Of a DNA stretch of 64,000 bases, positions 19,889 to 31,290 are shown in pieces; within the stretch, counting starts at the first letter, position 1; every line of letters begins with the position of its first letter. Source of the stretch: an uncultured Conexibacteraceae bacterium (GTDB taxonomy: Bacteria; Actinomycetota; Thermoleophilia; Solirubrobacterales; Solirubrobacteraceae). The notes under the pieces are model-generated. The model worked only from the letters and a program-made list of their open reading frames with translations, was not told where the DNA came from and made no database searches. The stretch is taken from contig CAWAVA010000021.1 of assembly GCA_963785385.1 (NCBI GenBank), forward strand, positions 84,368 through 148,367, read 5' to 3'. Both the position numbers and the translations under genes were made by a program.

Positions 19889-19920
19889 AACGCTATCCTA
19901 CACTATGACGTGAATAGCGT
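19889..19920 (-). promoter_or_regulatory. Putative leaderless promoter of the transfer operon with inverted-repeat operator
   Basis: TAGGAT -10 lies 6 nt upstream of ATG 19888; ACGCTAT (19890-19896) N17 ATAGCGT (19914-19920). Confidence 0.4.
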
Positions 19921-20307
19921 GATACAAATTGGATCATGGGAAGTCGCTATACCACACCGTGTCGGCTTCGCGATCTAGCCGAGCGGCATTCGTTCGCGTC
20001 ACAGGCTGCTTCCGAAGAGCCGTCGTCAGGGGTGCCCCTGGTTCAGCCCGACGTCACCCTGGCTCCCGGAAGCGGCCAAAGGAGTTCCAATCACGACGAC
20101 GTGGGCGATGAGGTTCCTAGCCTCGCGAGCGGGTTGCTTACCGCATCACTCATCCTCTACTTGAGAATTAGGGATGACCATACGTGCGTTACAGAGGCAG
20201 TTTCGGAGAAGCGAGGCGAGCCGATAGCGGGGCCCAGGCAACTGTTCGACTTCGGCTGCATCGATGACGAAGCAGCCGAGCGGACGTGAGCAACAGGCGC
20301 CGACGGC

Positions 20308-20565
20308 ATGACCGATCTCTCGCAACTGATCCTCGACGAGCTCGCAGGTGACACGGCAGCGCTCGACCGGCTGCGCGATCTGCTCGGGTTCGACGGGGTA
20401 GGGCCCGAGCCTTGGGTCGGCGTCGTGCAGGCGGCTACACATTTAGGCGCTGGCCGGCAGCGGATCTACGACCTCGTGCACCAGCGCGCGATCCCATTCC
20501 GCAAGGACGGCTCGCGGCTGCTGTTCAGGCTCTCCGAGCTCGACGCCTGGCTCGCCCAACGGTAG
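20308..20565 (+). CDS. xis: Excisionase (HTH_17)
   Basis: WVGVVQAATHLG...IYDLV...IPFRKDGSRLLFRLSELDAWL; upstream of the integrase. Confidence 0.8.
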   Translation: MTDLSQLILDELAGDTAALDRLRDLLGFDGVGPEPWVGVVQAATHLGAGRQRIYDLVHQRAIPFRKDGSRLLFRLSELDAWLAQR

Positions 20566-20722
20566 GGTGGAGACAGATGGTGAGCGCCGATTCGTTTGAG
20601 GCCGTGGTCGGCGATCGCAAGCAGGTCTCGTCGGTAACGATCAAGGTCGCGCGGTCGCAGAGCGACGGGCTCGGCTCCTGCGCGGCGGAGTCCATCGGAA
20701 TCGGTTCACCGGAGCCGAAGCG

Positions 20723-21989
20723 ATGGCTAAGGCGAAGCGCGTCAGAACCCGCTATCCCGGCATATACAAGGTCGGCGAGCGCTACGAATGGGTCGCCGGC
20801 CGTGATCGCGGCCGCGGCATGACCGACACCCTCGAGGAGGCGCGCACCGCTAAGGCCAAGGCCGAGCTTGCGGGGCCGATCTCGGCAGCGATCCGCGGCA
20901 GCTTCCGCGACTACGCGCAGACGTGGATCGTCGGCTACCAAGGCCGGACCAACCGCGGGTTCTCGGAGAGCACCCGCGCCGACTACCGCGAGAGCCTCGA
21001 CCTCTACCTGATCCCGTTCTTCGAGCGCCGAAAGCTGAAGCCCCACCAGGTCACCCGCCAGCACGTAAAGGTACTGATCGCCTGGCTCGCGACCGAGCCG
21101 ACCGCCGCCGAACGCCGCGACGAAATCGGGCTGCGCCGGCCGCTCGCCACAAAGACGATCGTCAAGCACCTGGCACCACTCAAGGCGATGTTCGCAGACG
21201 CCGTCGAGGACGACGAGCTCCCGAAGAACCCGGCGACCGTGCGAATCAACCTTGCCGGCGCCCCGGCGAGCCAGACCGTTGAGAAGCGACCGTTCACCGA
21301 CGAGCAACTGGCAGCCGTGCTCGCCGCGGCGACCGACGAGGACCAGTTGCTGTTCGACACAGCCGCCGAGACCGGCGCCCGCTGGGGCGAGCTATGCGAG
21401 TTCCGCGGGGGCGACCTCGCCAACAGCCCGCCGGGCCGGTGCTCCGGGTCCAGCGTGCCTACTCCGATAAGGCCCGCGACTCAGACGGCAAGCGCGTCGG
21501 GATCGTAAAACTCCCGAAATCGAGCGCTGGCCGCCGCGAGATCCCGCTAGCCCCGGGCTCGCACGGCGGCTGTGGCGGCTCCAACGCGGCGCCAAAGAAC
21601 TCCTGTTCACGTCCCCGCGCGGTGAGCGGATGCACTACCAACACACATACGATCGCGTGCTCAAGCCGACACTCGCACGAGGCTCGAAGCGGCTCAAGGG
21701 CGACGACCTGACCTGGGCCGGGTGGCACACATTCCGGCACACAGTCGCGTCCCGGATGTTCGCGGCGGGCCGCAACGTCGTACAGGTTCAGAAGTGGCTG
21801 GGGCATCACAAGCCGAGCTTCACGCTCGACACCTACGTGCACCTGATGGGCGACTCGATCGGCGAACCACTGGCGCTTCCGGAGGTCGTCGATGGGCGGC
21901 CTGCGGGCAGACGGGGGGCAGACAAAGCCGCCGAAACCGACCGGAACGCCGAGGGCTCGGATCACGCTCAGAGGATCGATTCCGCCTAG
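20723..21989 (+). CDS. int: Tyrosine recombinase/integrase (frameshifts near 21430 and 21560)
   Basis: TGARWGEL (R), KLPKS (K), HTFRHT (HxxR), LGH, DTYVH (Y). Confidence 0.9.
21905..21942 (+). repeat. Direct repeat copy 1 (tandem GGGCAGAC arm-type sites) inside the int 3' end
   Basis: GGGCAGACGGGGGGCAGACAAAGCCGCCGAAACCGACC; 36/38 identical to 33175-33212. Confidence 0.85.
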
Positions 21990-22008
21990 CCGATCACGGG
22001 CAGTCCCC

Positions 22009-23430
22009 GTGCCGATCGGTGCTGTTGTCAGACTCCGCGCGTGGCGCGGGAATGATCTCGAGATGGACGTCCCTGCTTTCACAGCAGGCGCAATGTTCCT
22101 GACCGAGCCGGAGCGGACCACGGGCTCGCGGTGGATGACGGAGACAGTGACCGTCGTGCCCGTCGACGGGGAGCGCGTACGAATCGTCGGCGGCAAAGCC
22201 GTCTCTGTTTTGCTGTCGGGTGACTTGCAATCGGCGGGGACGCGATGGCCGCGTGTCTTGAACTCGTGCAGCGCGCTCTCGATCGCGAGGCCGCTCACGG
22301 CGCGACGCCCCTGACGCTGCGACGCGGAGGAGCAGTACATCTGTTGGTTGCGGGACGGCGGCGAGTTGACCTTGCAAATCGTCGTTACTCGGCTCGCTAC
22401 TCGTCTCGTCGCAGGCGAGCGCGGGGAAAGTCGAGCGGTATCTCGAATCCGCGACGGAACGGGACTACTGCCGAGGTGGGGGCCGGCGCTGCGGTTCTTC
22501 CGCCTTTCCCAGCTTGCGACAGGCGCGTTCGACGCATACCGCAACGCCTTTGTCGGACTCGAGGCTCTGCTCGATCTCGTGATCCCTCCGGGAGCACCGC
22601 CCGGTGAATCCAAGCGGTTGGATTGCCCTCACGCGTATTCTCCCGAGATACCGGATTCACCTCAGCGACTATCTGGTCGGCACGATTAGCGCTGACCCTG
22701 TGGCTCAGTTCCTGGAGCAGGAGTACCGCGCGAACCGATGTGCCGTATTTCACGCCAAGAGCACAGAACGCCCAGTTCTGCTGCCAGGCGCTGCCACCGA
22801 CCGTCGCCAGGTCTCTGCCGCCGTCGAGCCTCCAATTCGCCTGGTCGTGGATTTGATCCGAGCGATCCACAACATCATCTTCCCGTCCGGCGGCATGGTC
22901 GTGGGCGGCTTCATGGGCGTCATCGAGAACCTACGGAGTGTGGTTACGAGATCGCCGGTCTCAATGATCCTGACCCCGAGGAGGCTCGGTGCTAAGAGGA
23001 TCTGAAGTCAACCGGGATCTCATCACTGCCGACGTCGTCCGCCGGCGCTCTCGACACCATCGGCCTCGAGCACGGATTGACGGCCAAGACCTCGGGAGCG
23101 ATGATGCAAGGGGGGCCGTTCAACACCGTCGCCACGTACACATCGGCGCCGACGACCGGGAGCATTTTCGGTATGCCTTGGGCTCCCGATGGTCTCATGA
23201 GCCGCTCCGTACTTCCCTCCATCGAGCCGGGGCCGGCCGAGGTCGAGGTGCTGGTCCGTTGGACGTTGGACAATTTGAATGTGCCGAGGAGTCGTTTCTC
23301 GCTCTGCGGCACGGGAGCTCGAACCTGCAGCGGCGAGTTCAAGAATCTCCCTGACCTCGTCGCTGGGGTGCCAGATGTGAGACTCGTCTCTCATTCACCC
23401 GCCGGCAGAGCGAATAGGCGCGATTGGTAA
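22009..23430 (+). CDS. HEPN-domain (ApeA/MauJ-like) putative RNase, multiply frameshifted
   Basis: ALRFFRLSQ...FDAYRNAFVGLEALL followed by the Rx4H motif NRCAVFHAK (22736-22753). Confidence 0.55.
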
Positions 23431-23505
23431 TGGGTTCCAACGTACGAGGGTCAGCCCGCACCTTCGTTCGGCGGAGTCGTCGGCTTCCGCTCTTATTCTC
23501 GGCGC

Positions 23506-25352
23506 GTGTGGGCTGACAACGAAACCGCCGTCGATCTCCTCGGGTTTGACTATCTAGTAGACCAGCTCGAAGTCGTTCTCACGGACGCTCGACTCCGCCC
23601 GGTGACCGTGGGCGTATTGGGCGACTGGGGCTCCGGCAAGACCAGCCTCATGTACATGACCGCCAGCCGCCTGCGCGAGCGCGACGGGTACGCGGTGGTC
23701 ACGTTCAGCCCCTGGCGCTACGAGTCGACCGACGAGGTCAAGGTCCAGTTGATGGCGGCCGTGCTCCGCAAGCTCCAGGGATGGGTCGAGCAGATCGACC
23801 CCGAGGACGTGGCCAGGCAACAGGCAGCTCGGGCGCGACTCAGCAAGCTGTTCCAGGTTCTCAAGCTGCTTATAGCTAAGGGGGCGGTTCCCGCAGCGAC
23901 CACTGGCGCTATGGCTCTCCACCTGCCGCCCGAGGCGGGTGCGGTTGTCGGTGCGGTGGTCAGTGATCTCGCCTCAGAGACAGAAGAGCCTGCGGTCGGC
24001 GACTCGGTTCCGGAGGATCACTTCCCCGACGCGAGTGAGTTCGCTTCGGCGGCCGAGTTTCACGACGAACTCAAAGCCCTCATGGGTGAGATCGACGGGC
24101 TCGAAGCGCTTGTCGTCTTGATCGACGATCTCGATCGCTGCCTCCCCGACACCATCATCGAGATATTCGAAACGGTTCGGCTGTTTCTCCACGTGCCCAA
24201 CAGTGCCTTCGCTATTGCGGCTCACCCGCAGATCGTGGAGGCCGCGGTCGCGCATAGGTACGTCGGGAACCGAGACGGGGACGCGAACCTCGGCCGCGAC
24301 TACCTCGAGAAGATCATCCATCTCCCGGTAGTGGTCCCGCCACTGTCCCGCTCGGAGGTTGAAAGCTACATCAACCTGCTGTTCTGCGAACTGACCTGCG
24401 ACCACGAGATGTTCGAGAACTTGCGGAACCTGGCGGGATCGCGCCGGGCAACCGAGCCGCTCGGAGTGGCGATGAACTACGGCATCGCGGCGGAGGTGTT
24501 CCCCGAACAACTGGTGCCCGAGTCGCTTGCCGCCGCATTCGGGCTCTCGAACAAAATCGGTTCGATCCTCGGCGAGGGACTTAGGGGTAACCCGCGCCAG
24601 GTCAAGAGGTTCCTGAACGCGCTGCGAGTGCGACTGCTTACCGCGGAGAAACGTCACGCCAATCTGGATCCATCAATCCTGGCGAAGCTCATGGTTTTGG
24701 AGGTCGAACAGCCCGAGTTTCAGCAGCTCTTCGAATGGCAGCTGCATCAGGACGGTGACCCCGTCGAACTCCGACATGCCGAATTGGCCATTCGCGATGG
24801 AGAGGAGCCGGACGGAATGAGCCCCGAGGCAAAGGCCTGGGCGGCACGACCCGTGGTGGCGCAGTGGCTTCGTCTCGACCCGCCGCTCGCCGGGACGGCG
24901 CTCGGAACCTATTTCTTTTACTCACGGGACCGGCTCTCACCGGTCGCCGGTGGCGCGCGGCTGACTGGCGCCCAGCAGGACCTCCTCGCGCGCCTACAGC
25001 TGCCGTCTGACGCACAGCGGCGCGGCGCCGGCGAGGCGATGACGACGCTCGCGACCACCGAACGGCTCGAGGTCTACCGCGCGCTCCTCGGCCGGGTCGA
25101 GCAAGACCCGGCCGGACCGGGCATGAAGAGCGCGCTTGAACTCGCGGCCCGATCCGAAGAGTCGTGGCGGACTTCTCCGCCGAGTTGCGAGCGATCCCGC
25201 CCGGCTCGATCCCACCCCAACTGCCGTTGCAGATGATGGCCGCGTTCGAGAAAGCCCCGCCGGCAAGCGTCGATGCCATCCTCGACGGCTGGGAAGCAAC
25301 CGGACCAAAGGCGCTGAAGACCGCCGTGCAGACGGCGCGCAAGGCTAGCTGA
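23506..25352 (+). CDS. qatA: Qat anti-phage KAP-family P-loop ATPase (frameshift near 25165)
   Basis: MWADNET.VDLLGF, GDWGSGKTS, IDDLDRC, YLEKII, GNPRQVKRFLN. Confidence 0.85.
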
Positions 25353-26063
25353 ATGGGGACGTCGGCCGACTACCCCGGCGGCCGTGGCGGGGCGTGGACG
25401 CCCTACAAGCGGGCGGCCAGTAGCTTCGCCCGCCGCGGCGGCTCCGACCGCGCCGGACGCGTCCTCGCGCGCCACATCGCCACACTGGGCGGTGCCGGCG
25501 GCGCTACGGCCGGGGCCGCGGCGGGCACGCGAGCAGCGCGCTTACTTGCGGCATTCCTCACGGGAGGAATCCCGACCACGGACGCGCCCGCCGGCTTCGA
25601 CTTCGCTGCCGTCGGACTCGCGAACCTTGTCGGCGCCGACCGAGTCGAGGTTCTCGACGCCCTCATTGATGCGATCGCCGGCGACGGCGCCGGACTGGAG
25701 GCCCAAGCCGCCCGCGCAGCCGCAATCGACGTACTGGGGGAGCTTGTGCTCGACGAGGACATCGACCTATCCAATCCCGGGCTCGACGCTGAGGGCGTCC
25801 GCGGTCTGCTTGCCAAGTTCCTCGCGTTCTACTTGTATAACCGGGCCGCACCGATCATCGAAGAGCGGCTGAATCGGCTGAACGACCCAGCGCTAGCCGC
25901 ACGTCGCGACAGCGAAATCCGAGCCGTGGTCAACGCCGTTGTCGAACTGCAGCTCGTCGACCTCGATCCGCTCGCCATCAGCTGGAACAGCCCCGCTGGC
26001 CAAGTCGAGGTCGAACAGCTCCTGACAACCATCTACACGGTCATCGAGGCGATGGACGAGTGA
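25353..26063 (+). CDS. qatB: Qat anti-phage protein QatB
   Basis: MGTS..Y.G..G N-terminus with Gly-rich segment; lies between qatA and qatC. Confidence 0.75.
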   Translation: MGTSADYPGGRGGAWTPYKRAASSFARRGGSDRAGRVLARHIATLGGAGGATAGAAAGTRAARLLAAFLTGGIPTTDAPAGFDFAAVGLANLVGADRVEVLDALIDAIAGDGAGLEAQAARAAAIDVLGELVLDEDIDLSNPGLDAEGVRGLLAKFLAFYLYNRAAPIIEERLNRLNDPALAARRDSEIRAVVNAVVELQLVDLDPLAISWNSPAGQVEVEQLLTTIYTVIEAMDE

Positions 26064-27374
26064 ACTTCCAGCTGCGCACCGACCCGAGCCAGACAGCCCA
26101 ACAGGGAGCGGTCCTACTCGACTACTTTCCGGGCGCCCAAGGCTCCACAGTGCACAACAACGGAACCGAGTTCTTCCGCGGACTGACCCCGAACGCCGCG
26201 GCGCTGGATCTGTTTCACGTCGGTGTCGCAGCCTATTGCGCTGACCGGATCGCGCGTCGCGGCGACACCCCCGACGGCTGGACCCGCGACATCGAGGAAG
26301 CTCGCCGTGCCGGTCGCGGCAAACGGATGGGGCTCCGCGGTGGCCGATCTCAACGAGGCCCTGGACTTTCTCACCGGTGACCGATGGTCCATTCGGCTGC
26401 CTACCATCGAGCGCGCGGAGCCACCCGCCCCAGCCACCACCGCCGACGCTGTGTGTCTGTTCTCAGGCGGGCTCGATTCGCTGACGGGCGCGATCGACCT
26501 GCTCGAAGACGGGAAGGCCATCGTCCTTGCCGGACACTACGAAGGCGGGCAGGCGCCCAAGCGTCAGACCGAGCTTCACGCGCGGCTAGCGGCGACCTAC
26601 GGGTCCGCCAGGGTCGAGCTGCGGCAATTGTTCATTGCTCCCGACACTGATCGGGCCGGCCAGGCGCGTCCGCTGCCGAAGACTCGCGAGAACACGATGC
26701 GAGGTAGGTCCGTACTGTTCCTGAGCGCCGGCTTTGCGATGGCGTCGGCACTGGGCGGCGCCGTCCCGCTGCACATACCCGAAAACGGGCTGATCGGCAT
26801 CAACGTACCGCTCACCGGCTCGCGACCAGCCAGCCTGAGCACCCGGACAACACACCCCTATTTCCTCCATCTTCTGCAGCGTGTGGTCTCCGCGATCGGA
26901 CTTCGGAGTGACCTCGCGAACCCGTACCGGCTGATGACGAAAGGGGAGATGCTTCAAGCGAGCAAGGCGCCCACGGTCCTCGCTGACCTCGTACCGCGCT
27001 CGATCTCCTGCTCGCACCCCGAGGCGGCGCGATTCACGAGGAACCCCAAGCGCCCGCAGGGCAACTGCGGCTACTGCTACCCGTGCCTGATCCGCCAGGC
27101 TTCGTTGCACCGCGCCGGCATCGCCGACGGACCCTATGCTTACGATCTCCAACGTGAGTACGGGCTTATCACCAGCACCTCGAAAGGCGCGAGTCTGTTG
27201 GCCCTCGTACGCAATCTCGCCGACCCTGCACGCGCCACCGATGTACTCCGCACCGGACCGATCCCGAACAGCGAAACGGGGGCGTTCGGTGACCTGTACC
27301 TACGCGGCCGCGAGGAGATGACGGCTTGGGCGACGACCGTTCTACCGGCGGGCCTCCGCGATCAGCTCCCGTAG
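26060..27374 (+). CDS. qatC: Qat anti-phage QueC-like protein (frameshift near 26295)
   Basis: PP-loop LFSGGLDS, PENG, STRTTHP, TKGEM, SCSHP, CGYCYPC. Confidence 0.85.
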
Positions 27375-28147
27375 ACGCTCGCTACGTAGACTCCCACTGC
27401 CACCTCGACAGATACCCGGATCCACGGGGAACGGTCGCTGCTGCGAAGGCCGCAGGCGTGGTGGTGATCGGTGTATCCGAGCTGCCCTCGCGCTTCCAGA
27501 GGGACGAGTTGCGCTACCGCAAGGAGCGCACCGTACGCACCGCGATCGGTGTCCACCCGCTCGCCGCCACGCTCGCGACCTCCATGGAGATGAGTCTTTG
27601 GCGATCGCTGGTCGGGCGCACGACATACGTCGGCGAGGTCGGTCTCGATGGTTCACCTGCGGGGAAGCCGACGTTCGCGCAACAACGAACCCGTTCAATC
27701 GCATCCTCTCGCACCACGAGATCGCTTCGAAGGTCCTGACCGTCCACTTCGCCGGGCCGAGGCGGAAGTCATCGAATCTCTGGCGGCGGCCAAATGCGGA
27801 GCGATCCTGAATGGGTCTCCGGACCTGCGAAGCCCATAGACACAGCGCTCGCTGCAGGCATGTACTTCTCGATCAACCCGGCGATGTTGACGAGCAAATC
27901 GGGCAAGCGGGTGCTCGACGCGGTCCCGCCCGACCGCATCCTAACCGAGACCGACGGTCCCTAACAAAGCGCGCCGGGAAGCCGGCGTCACCCGGCCGAT
28001 ATCCCGTGGCTGGTCGAGCGCATTGCCGACGTCTGGGCCATCGACGTCGAAGATGCCCGTCAGCGGATCTTCACCAACATGACCCGGTTGTTCGAGAGTC
28101 GCCGAAAGGTGGCCACCGGAGAGCGCGGCGAGGTGCAGGCACGATGA
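27326..28147 (+). CDS. qatD: Qat anti-phage TatD-family nuclease (frameshifted; start uncertain)
   Basis: DSHCHLD, GVHP, GEVGLD, YFSINP, TETDGP. Confidence 0.8.
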
Positions 28148-28186
28148 GATGCGCGATCCAAGCCGCGTCGGGATGGTCTCGCTGAC

Positions 28187-28810
28187 ATGGAAGATGGGCA
28201 CCGCACCGACCCCCGATGGGGGGACGCGGTCACGCTGAGCCAACTCGGCGAGCTGATTGCCGACTGGCTGGAGGGCCGGATTCGGGTGCCGATCTACGGA
28301 GGCGGACCTGACACCGAAACGGAGGCACTCGTTCCGGTTCTAGCTCATCTGAACCGCTCCGGATTCGTCACGGAGACGTCGCAGCCCGGACAACTCGATG
28401 GTGACTGGGCGCAGCGGGCAGTCGTGAGCGGGTATTGCGACCAAGAGGTCGCCGAACGGCTCGCGTCGATAAGCGTTCGAGGAGACCTGATCGTGATATC
28501 GCAGCCGGCGGGGACTGACGCGACCTTCCAACTCCCGGTGACCCGCACCAACAACTTGACCTTCACGATCATCTGTGGCGACTACGCCACCAGTCGGCCC
28601 AACGATGACTTGTGGCCTTGGCCCGATCTACCCCCAACGATGCGTGCCGTCCTGCGCGGTACATGGCACGTCGCCATTTGCGACCCGGTATGGGGTCGCA
28701 ACGACGTCCTCTGGCCGGCGCTGACCGCGGCGATGGGACACTCGCCCGAGGAAGTACGAGGCTCCCTCAGCGACAACGAATACATCGAGGCTCAAGAAGG
28801 GGCCGGTTAG
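28187..28810 (+). CDS. DUF6919-like protein
   Basis: ADWLEG...PD.ET..LV..L..LNR.GFVT..SQPG...QRAVVSG...DPVWGRND.LW. Confidence 0.6.
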   Translation: MEDGHRTDPRWGDAVTLSQLGELIADWLEGRIRVPIYGGGPDTETEALVPVLAHLNRSGFVTETSQPGQLDGDWAQRAVVSGYCDQEVAERLASISVRGDLIVISQPAGTDATFQLPVTRTNNLTFTIICGDYATSRPNDDLWPWPDLPPTMRAVLRGTWHVAICDPVWGRNDVLWPALTAAMGHSPEEVRGSLSDNEYIEAQEGAG

Positions 28811-28833
28811 GGCCACGCAGGCCGGGCCGCATC

Positions 28834-30462
28834 GTGGGAGAGACTCGGCATTTGGGACGCTTCACGCTCCTTGAACAGTTGGGGGCAACGACCCACTCTC
28901 GCGTCTGGGAAGCGATGGACAACGCTGGTGGCAGAGTCGCGATCAAGGAGCTGAGGACTCATCGAGTCGACCGGGAGCCCTACAGCCGCTTCCGCGACGA
29001 GGTCGCGTTCCACATGGCCGGTCCGTATGCAGGGGTGCTGCCAGTCATCGACGCGGAAGTGCCGGCGATGCCCTCGGCGGAGCAACCAGCGTGGTTCGCG
29101 ATGCCCATTGCCCAGACTGTCAGGGATGCGCTCGGCGACGCGCCGACCCTCGAGGAGGTTGTCGGTGCTGTCCATGCTTACGCAACCACGCTGGCGATGC
29201 TCGCCGAGCAAAGCATCCACCATCGGGACCTCAAGCCCGACAACCTGTTCCGGCTAGGCGGCGAATGGGTTGTGGGGGATTTCGGCCTCGTTACGTGGCC
29301 GGGGAAGAGTGCCCTGACCGAGCCGGGACAGAAGCTCGGACCCGCGAACTTCGTCGCGCCGGAGATGGTGCAAGACGCGACAGCGGCGAATGCGGGGCCT
29401 GCCGACGTATGGTCGCTGGCGAAGGTGCTCTGGGTGCTTGCCACGGGGCAGACGTACCCGCCTCCCGGGCAGTTACGCATCGACGTGGACGCGACTCGGC
29501 TTCGCAGCTTCACGATGCATCCCCGTGCGGCCGGACTCGAAGGGATCCTCGAGCAAGCCACGGCGCTCGACCCAACGATCAGGCCAGACATGCGCTACTT
29601 CGCGCTCGAGCTGGAGGCGTGGTGCAGCCCACGCACCGCACCGAACGAGCCGCCGGCTCTCGACGAACTCGCCCGGAGGATCAACGCGATCAGCGCACCG
29701 GCCGTCGCCCAGCGGGAGCAGCGCGAGGATTTAGACCGAGCGGCCGCGGAGATCTCGGACCGGCTGCGCGCAGCTCACCACGCACTGCGGCCCACAGCCG
29801 AGCGGCTCGGCCAAGTGATCCTGCGCGACGAGGGGATGGTGTTCCACGGCCTCGGCGGCAAGAGCAAACGCAGGGACACGACCGGCGTCTGGACCGAATC
29901 GCTCTCGATCGTGCCGCTTTCACCACGCCACCAAGTCAGCCTGACGGTCGACGTTGCCTGGCAGAGGTTTCCTGGACACGATATCCATCTGGTAGCTGGC
30001 ATATGGCTGAAAAGCGCGGACGCCAACGCGCTGCCGGAACTGTTCATGGTTGAGACTCGAGACGTCCGACTCGGAACCGAACACGGCCTACGAGCCGCCG
30101 ACGAGCTTGTGCAAGTAGTCATAGGCAAGTTTGAGACGGCCGCCCGTCGGTACGCCCAGCTAGTCGATGAAGCTGAGGCACGGCTCCAGGCCGATCGTCA
30201 ACCCAGCATTGAGTGCGCCGGAACGAACTACCGATTCCGCACCGAGCCCGAGTCCGACGTCGTGCGAATCACCAGACTCGATGACGGCTCACTTGACGGA
30301 CACGCGGTCGCTTGGCGCGGGACCCCGATATCCCAAATGACAGCGGACGGCGACCGGGTACACATCCGCGCCGGCGAGTTCGAAGGGTGGATTGAGCGCA
30401 ACGCCAGCGGCAGCTGGGTACTCGCAAGCCGTGCAGCGCCAGGGTCTCCAGGGGCGGAATGA
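28834..30462 (+). CDS. Hanks-type Ser/Thr protein kinase with long C-terminal region, no TM
   Basis: VAIKEL, HRDLKPDN, DFG, APE, DVWSL. Confidence 0.85.
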   Translation: MGETRHLGRFTLLEQLGATTHSRVWEAMDNAGGRVAIKELRTHRVDREPYSRFRDEVAFHMAGPYAGVLPVIDAEVPAMPSAEQPAWFAMPIAQTVRDALGDAPTLEEVVGAVHAYATTLAMLAEQSIHHRDLKPDNLFRLGGEWVVGDFGLVTWPGKSALTEPGQKLGPANFVAPEMVQDATAANAGPADVWSLAKVLWVLATGQTYPPPGQLRIDVDATRLRSFTMHPRAAGLEGILEQATALDPTIRPDMRYFALELEAWCSPRTAPNEPPALDELARRINAISAPAVAQREQREDLDRAAAEISDRLRAAHHALRPTAERLGQVILRDEGMVFHGLGGKSKRRDTTGVWTESLSIVPLSPRHQVSLTVDVAWQRFPGHDIHLVAGIWLKSADANALPELFMVETRDVRLGTEHGLRAADELVQVVIGKFETAARRYAQLVDEAEARLQADRQPSIECAGTNYRFRTEPESDVVRITRLDDGSLDGHAVAWRGTPISQMTADGDRVHIRAGEFEGWIERNASGSWVLASRAAPGSPGAE

Positions 30463-30574
30463 AATGTGATCGTGGCGCCTCGCTTTAGATGTGCGTCCGA
30501 TGCCGGGACCTCGATCGGTACGAACGACTCATTGATACGGAGATAGCGTCCGTGACCAGAATTACGCTCAGTCG

Positions 30575-31092
30575 ATGCCCGTCTGGGGGACCGTGCTTCT
30601 CAGTTGGTGGTGGGCCTGGGCTCCGGTCTGATCGGCAGTTGGTGGCAGACCTTCAACGACAGACTGGAAAGGTCTCGTGACCGCCTGCTCGACGCGGCGG
30701 ATGACCTCCTCGGAGACACCGCCGTCGCGCTAACAACGGTGAGGGAGGCGATTCGTACCTCTCGTAACGGGCCTTCGGAGTCTCAAGACGATGCGGCGAA
30801 ATCTGCCTGGGACGCACGAGATCTGGTCCTGCACCGCAGCGCGCGGACGGAGCTGCTATTCGGCTCGGAGTCTGAGGCCCACCGCCTCACCGACGCGATC
30901 ATCTCGGACCTGGCAAGGGCTGCAACCCACCTCGGTAAACACAAGCCCGACGACGCCGAAGCCGCGCAGATGGACGCGGCCGGACATCTAGGGGATCTCC
31001 GTCGAGCCGCTCGGACGGAGATTGACGATGTTCGCCCACCGCACGTCTCGCTGCGTACATCGTTGCACGGGTTAGGACGCGGAGCCGGATGA
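30575..31092 (+). CDS. Single-TM helical protein (likely frameshift near 30603)
   Basis: MPVWGTVLL/LVVGLGSGLIGSWW followed by a charged helical domain. Confidence 0.5.
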
Positions 31093-31290
31093 ACACGCCA
31101 ACTTCGGTGTCACACACCCGAGTGCATTGCCGGGCTCCGCTCTCCACTGTGTGCCAAGACCACTCGCGACGTAGCCGCGCGTCGCCGCCCGGGCAGGCCC
31201 CGCGGCTGTCCGGAGATGGCTTCCGGAGCTGGGTGTCATACCCGAAGAGAACGCACCCGGAGAACAGAGCGGTGGAGAGGCAGCTCGCCG

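Noticed and set aside
26060-27374. Queuosine-biosynthesis queC or a Dpd DNA-modification system
   Set aside because: The context (KAP ATPase, QatB, TatD) identifies it as qatC; no queD/E or dpdA genes are present.
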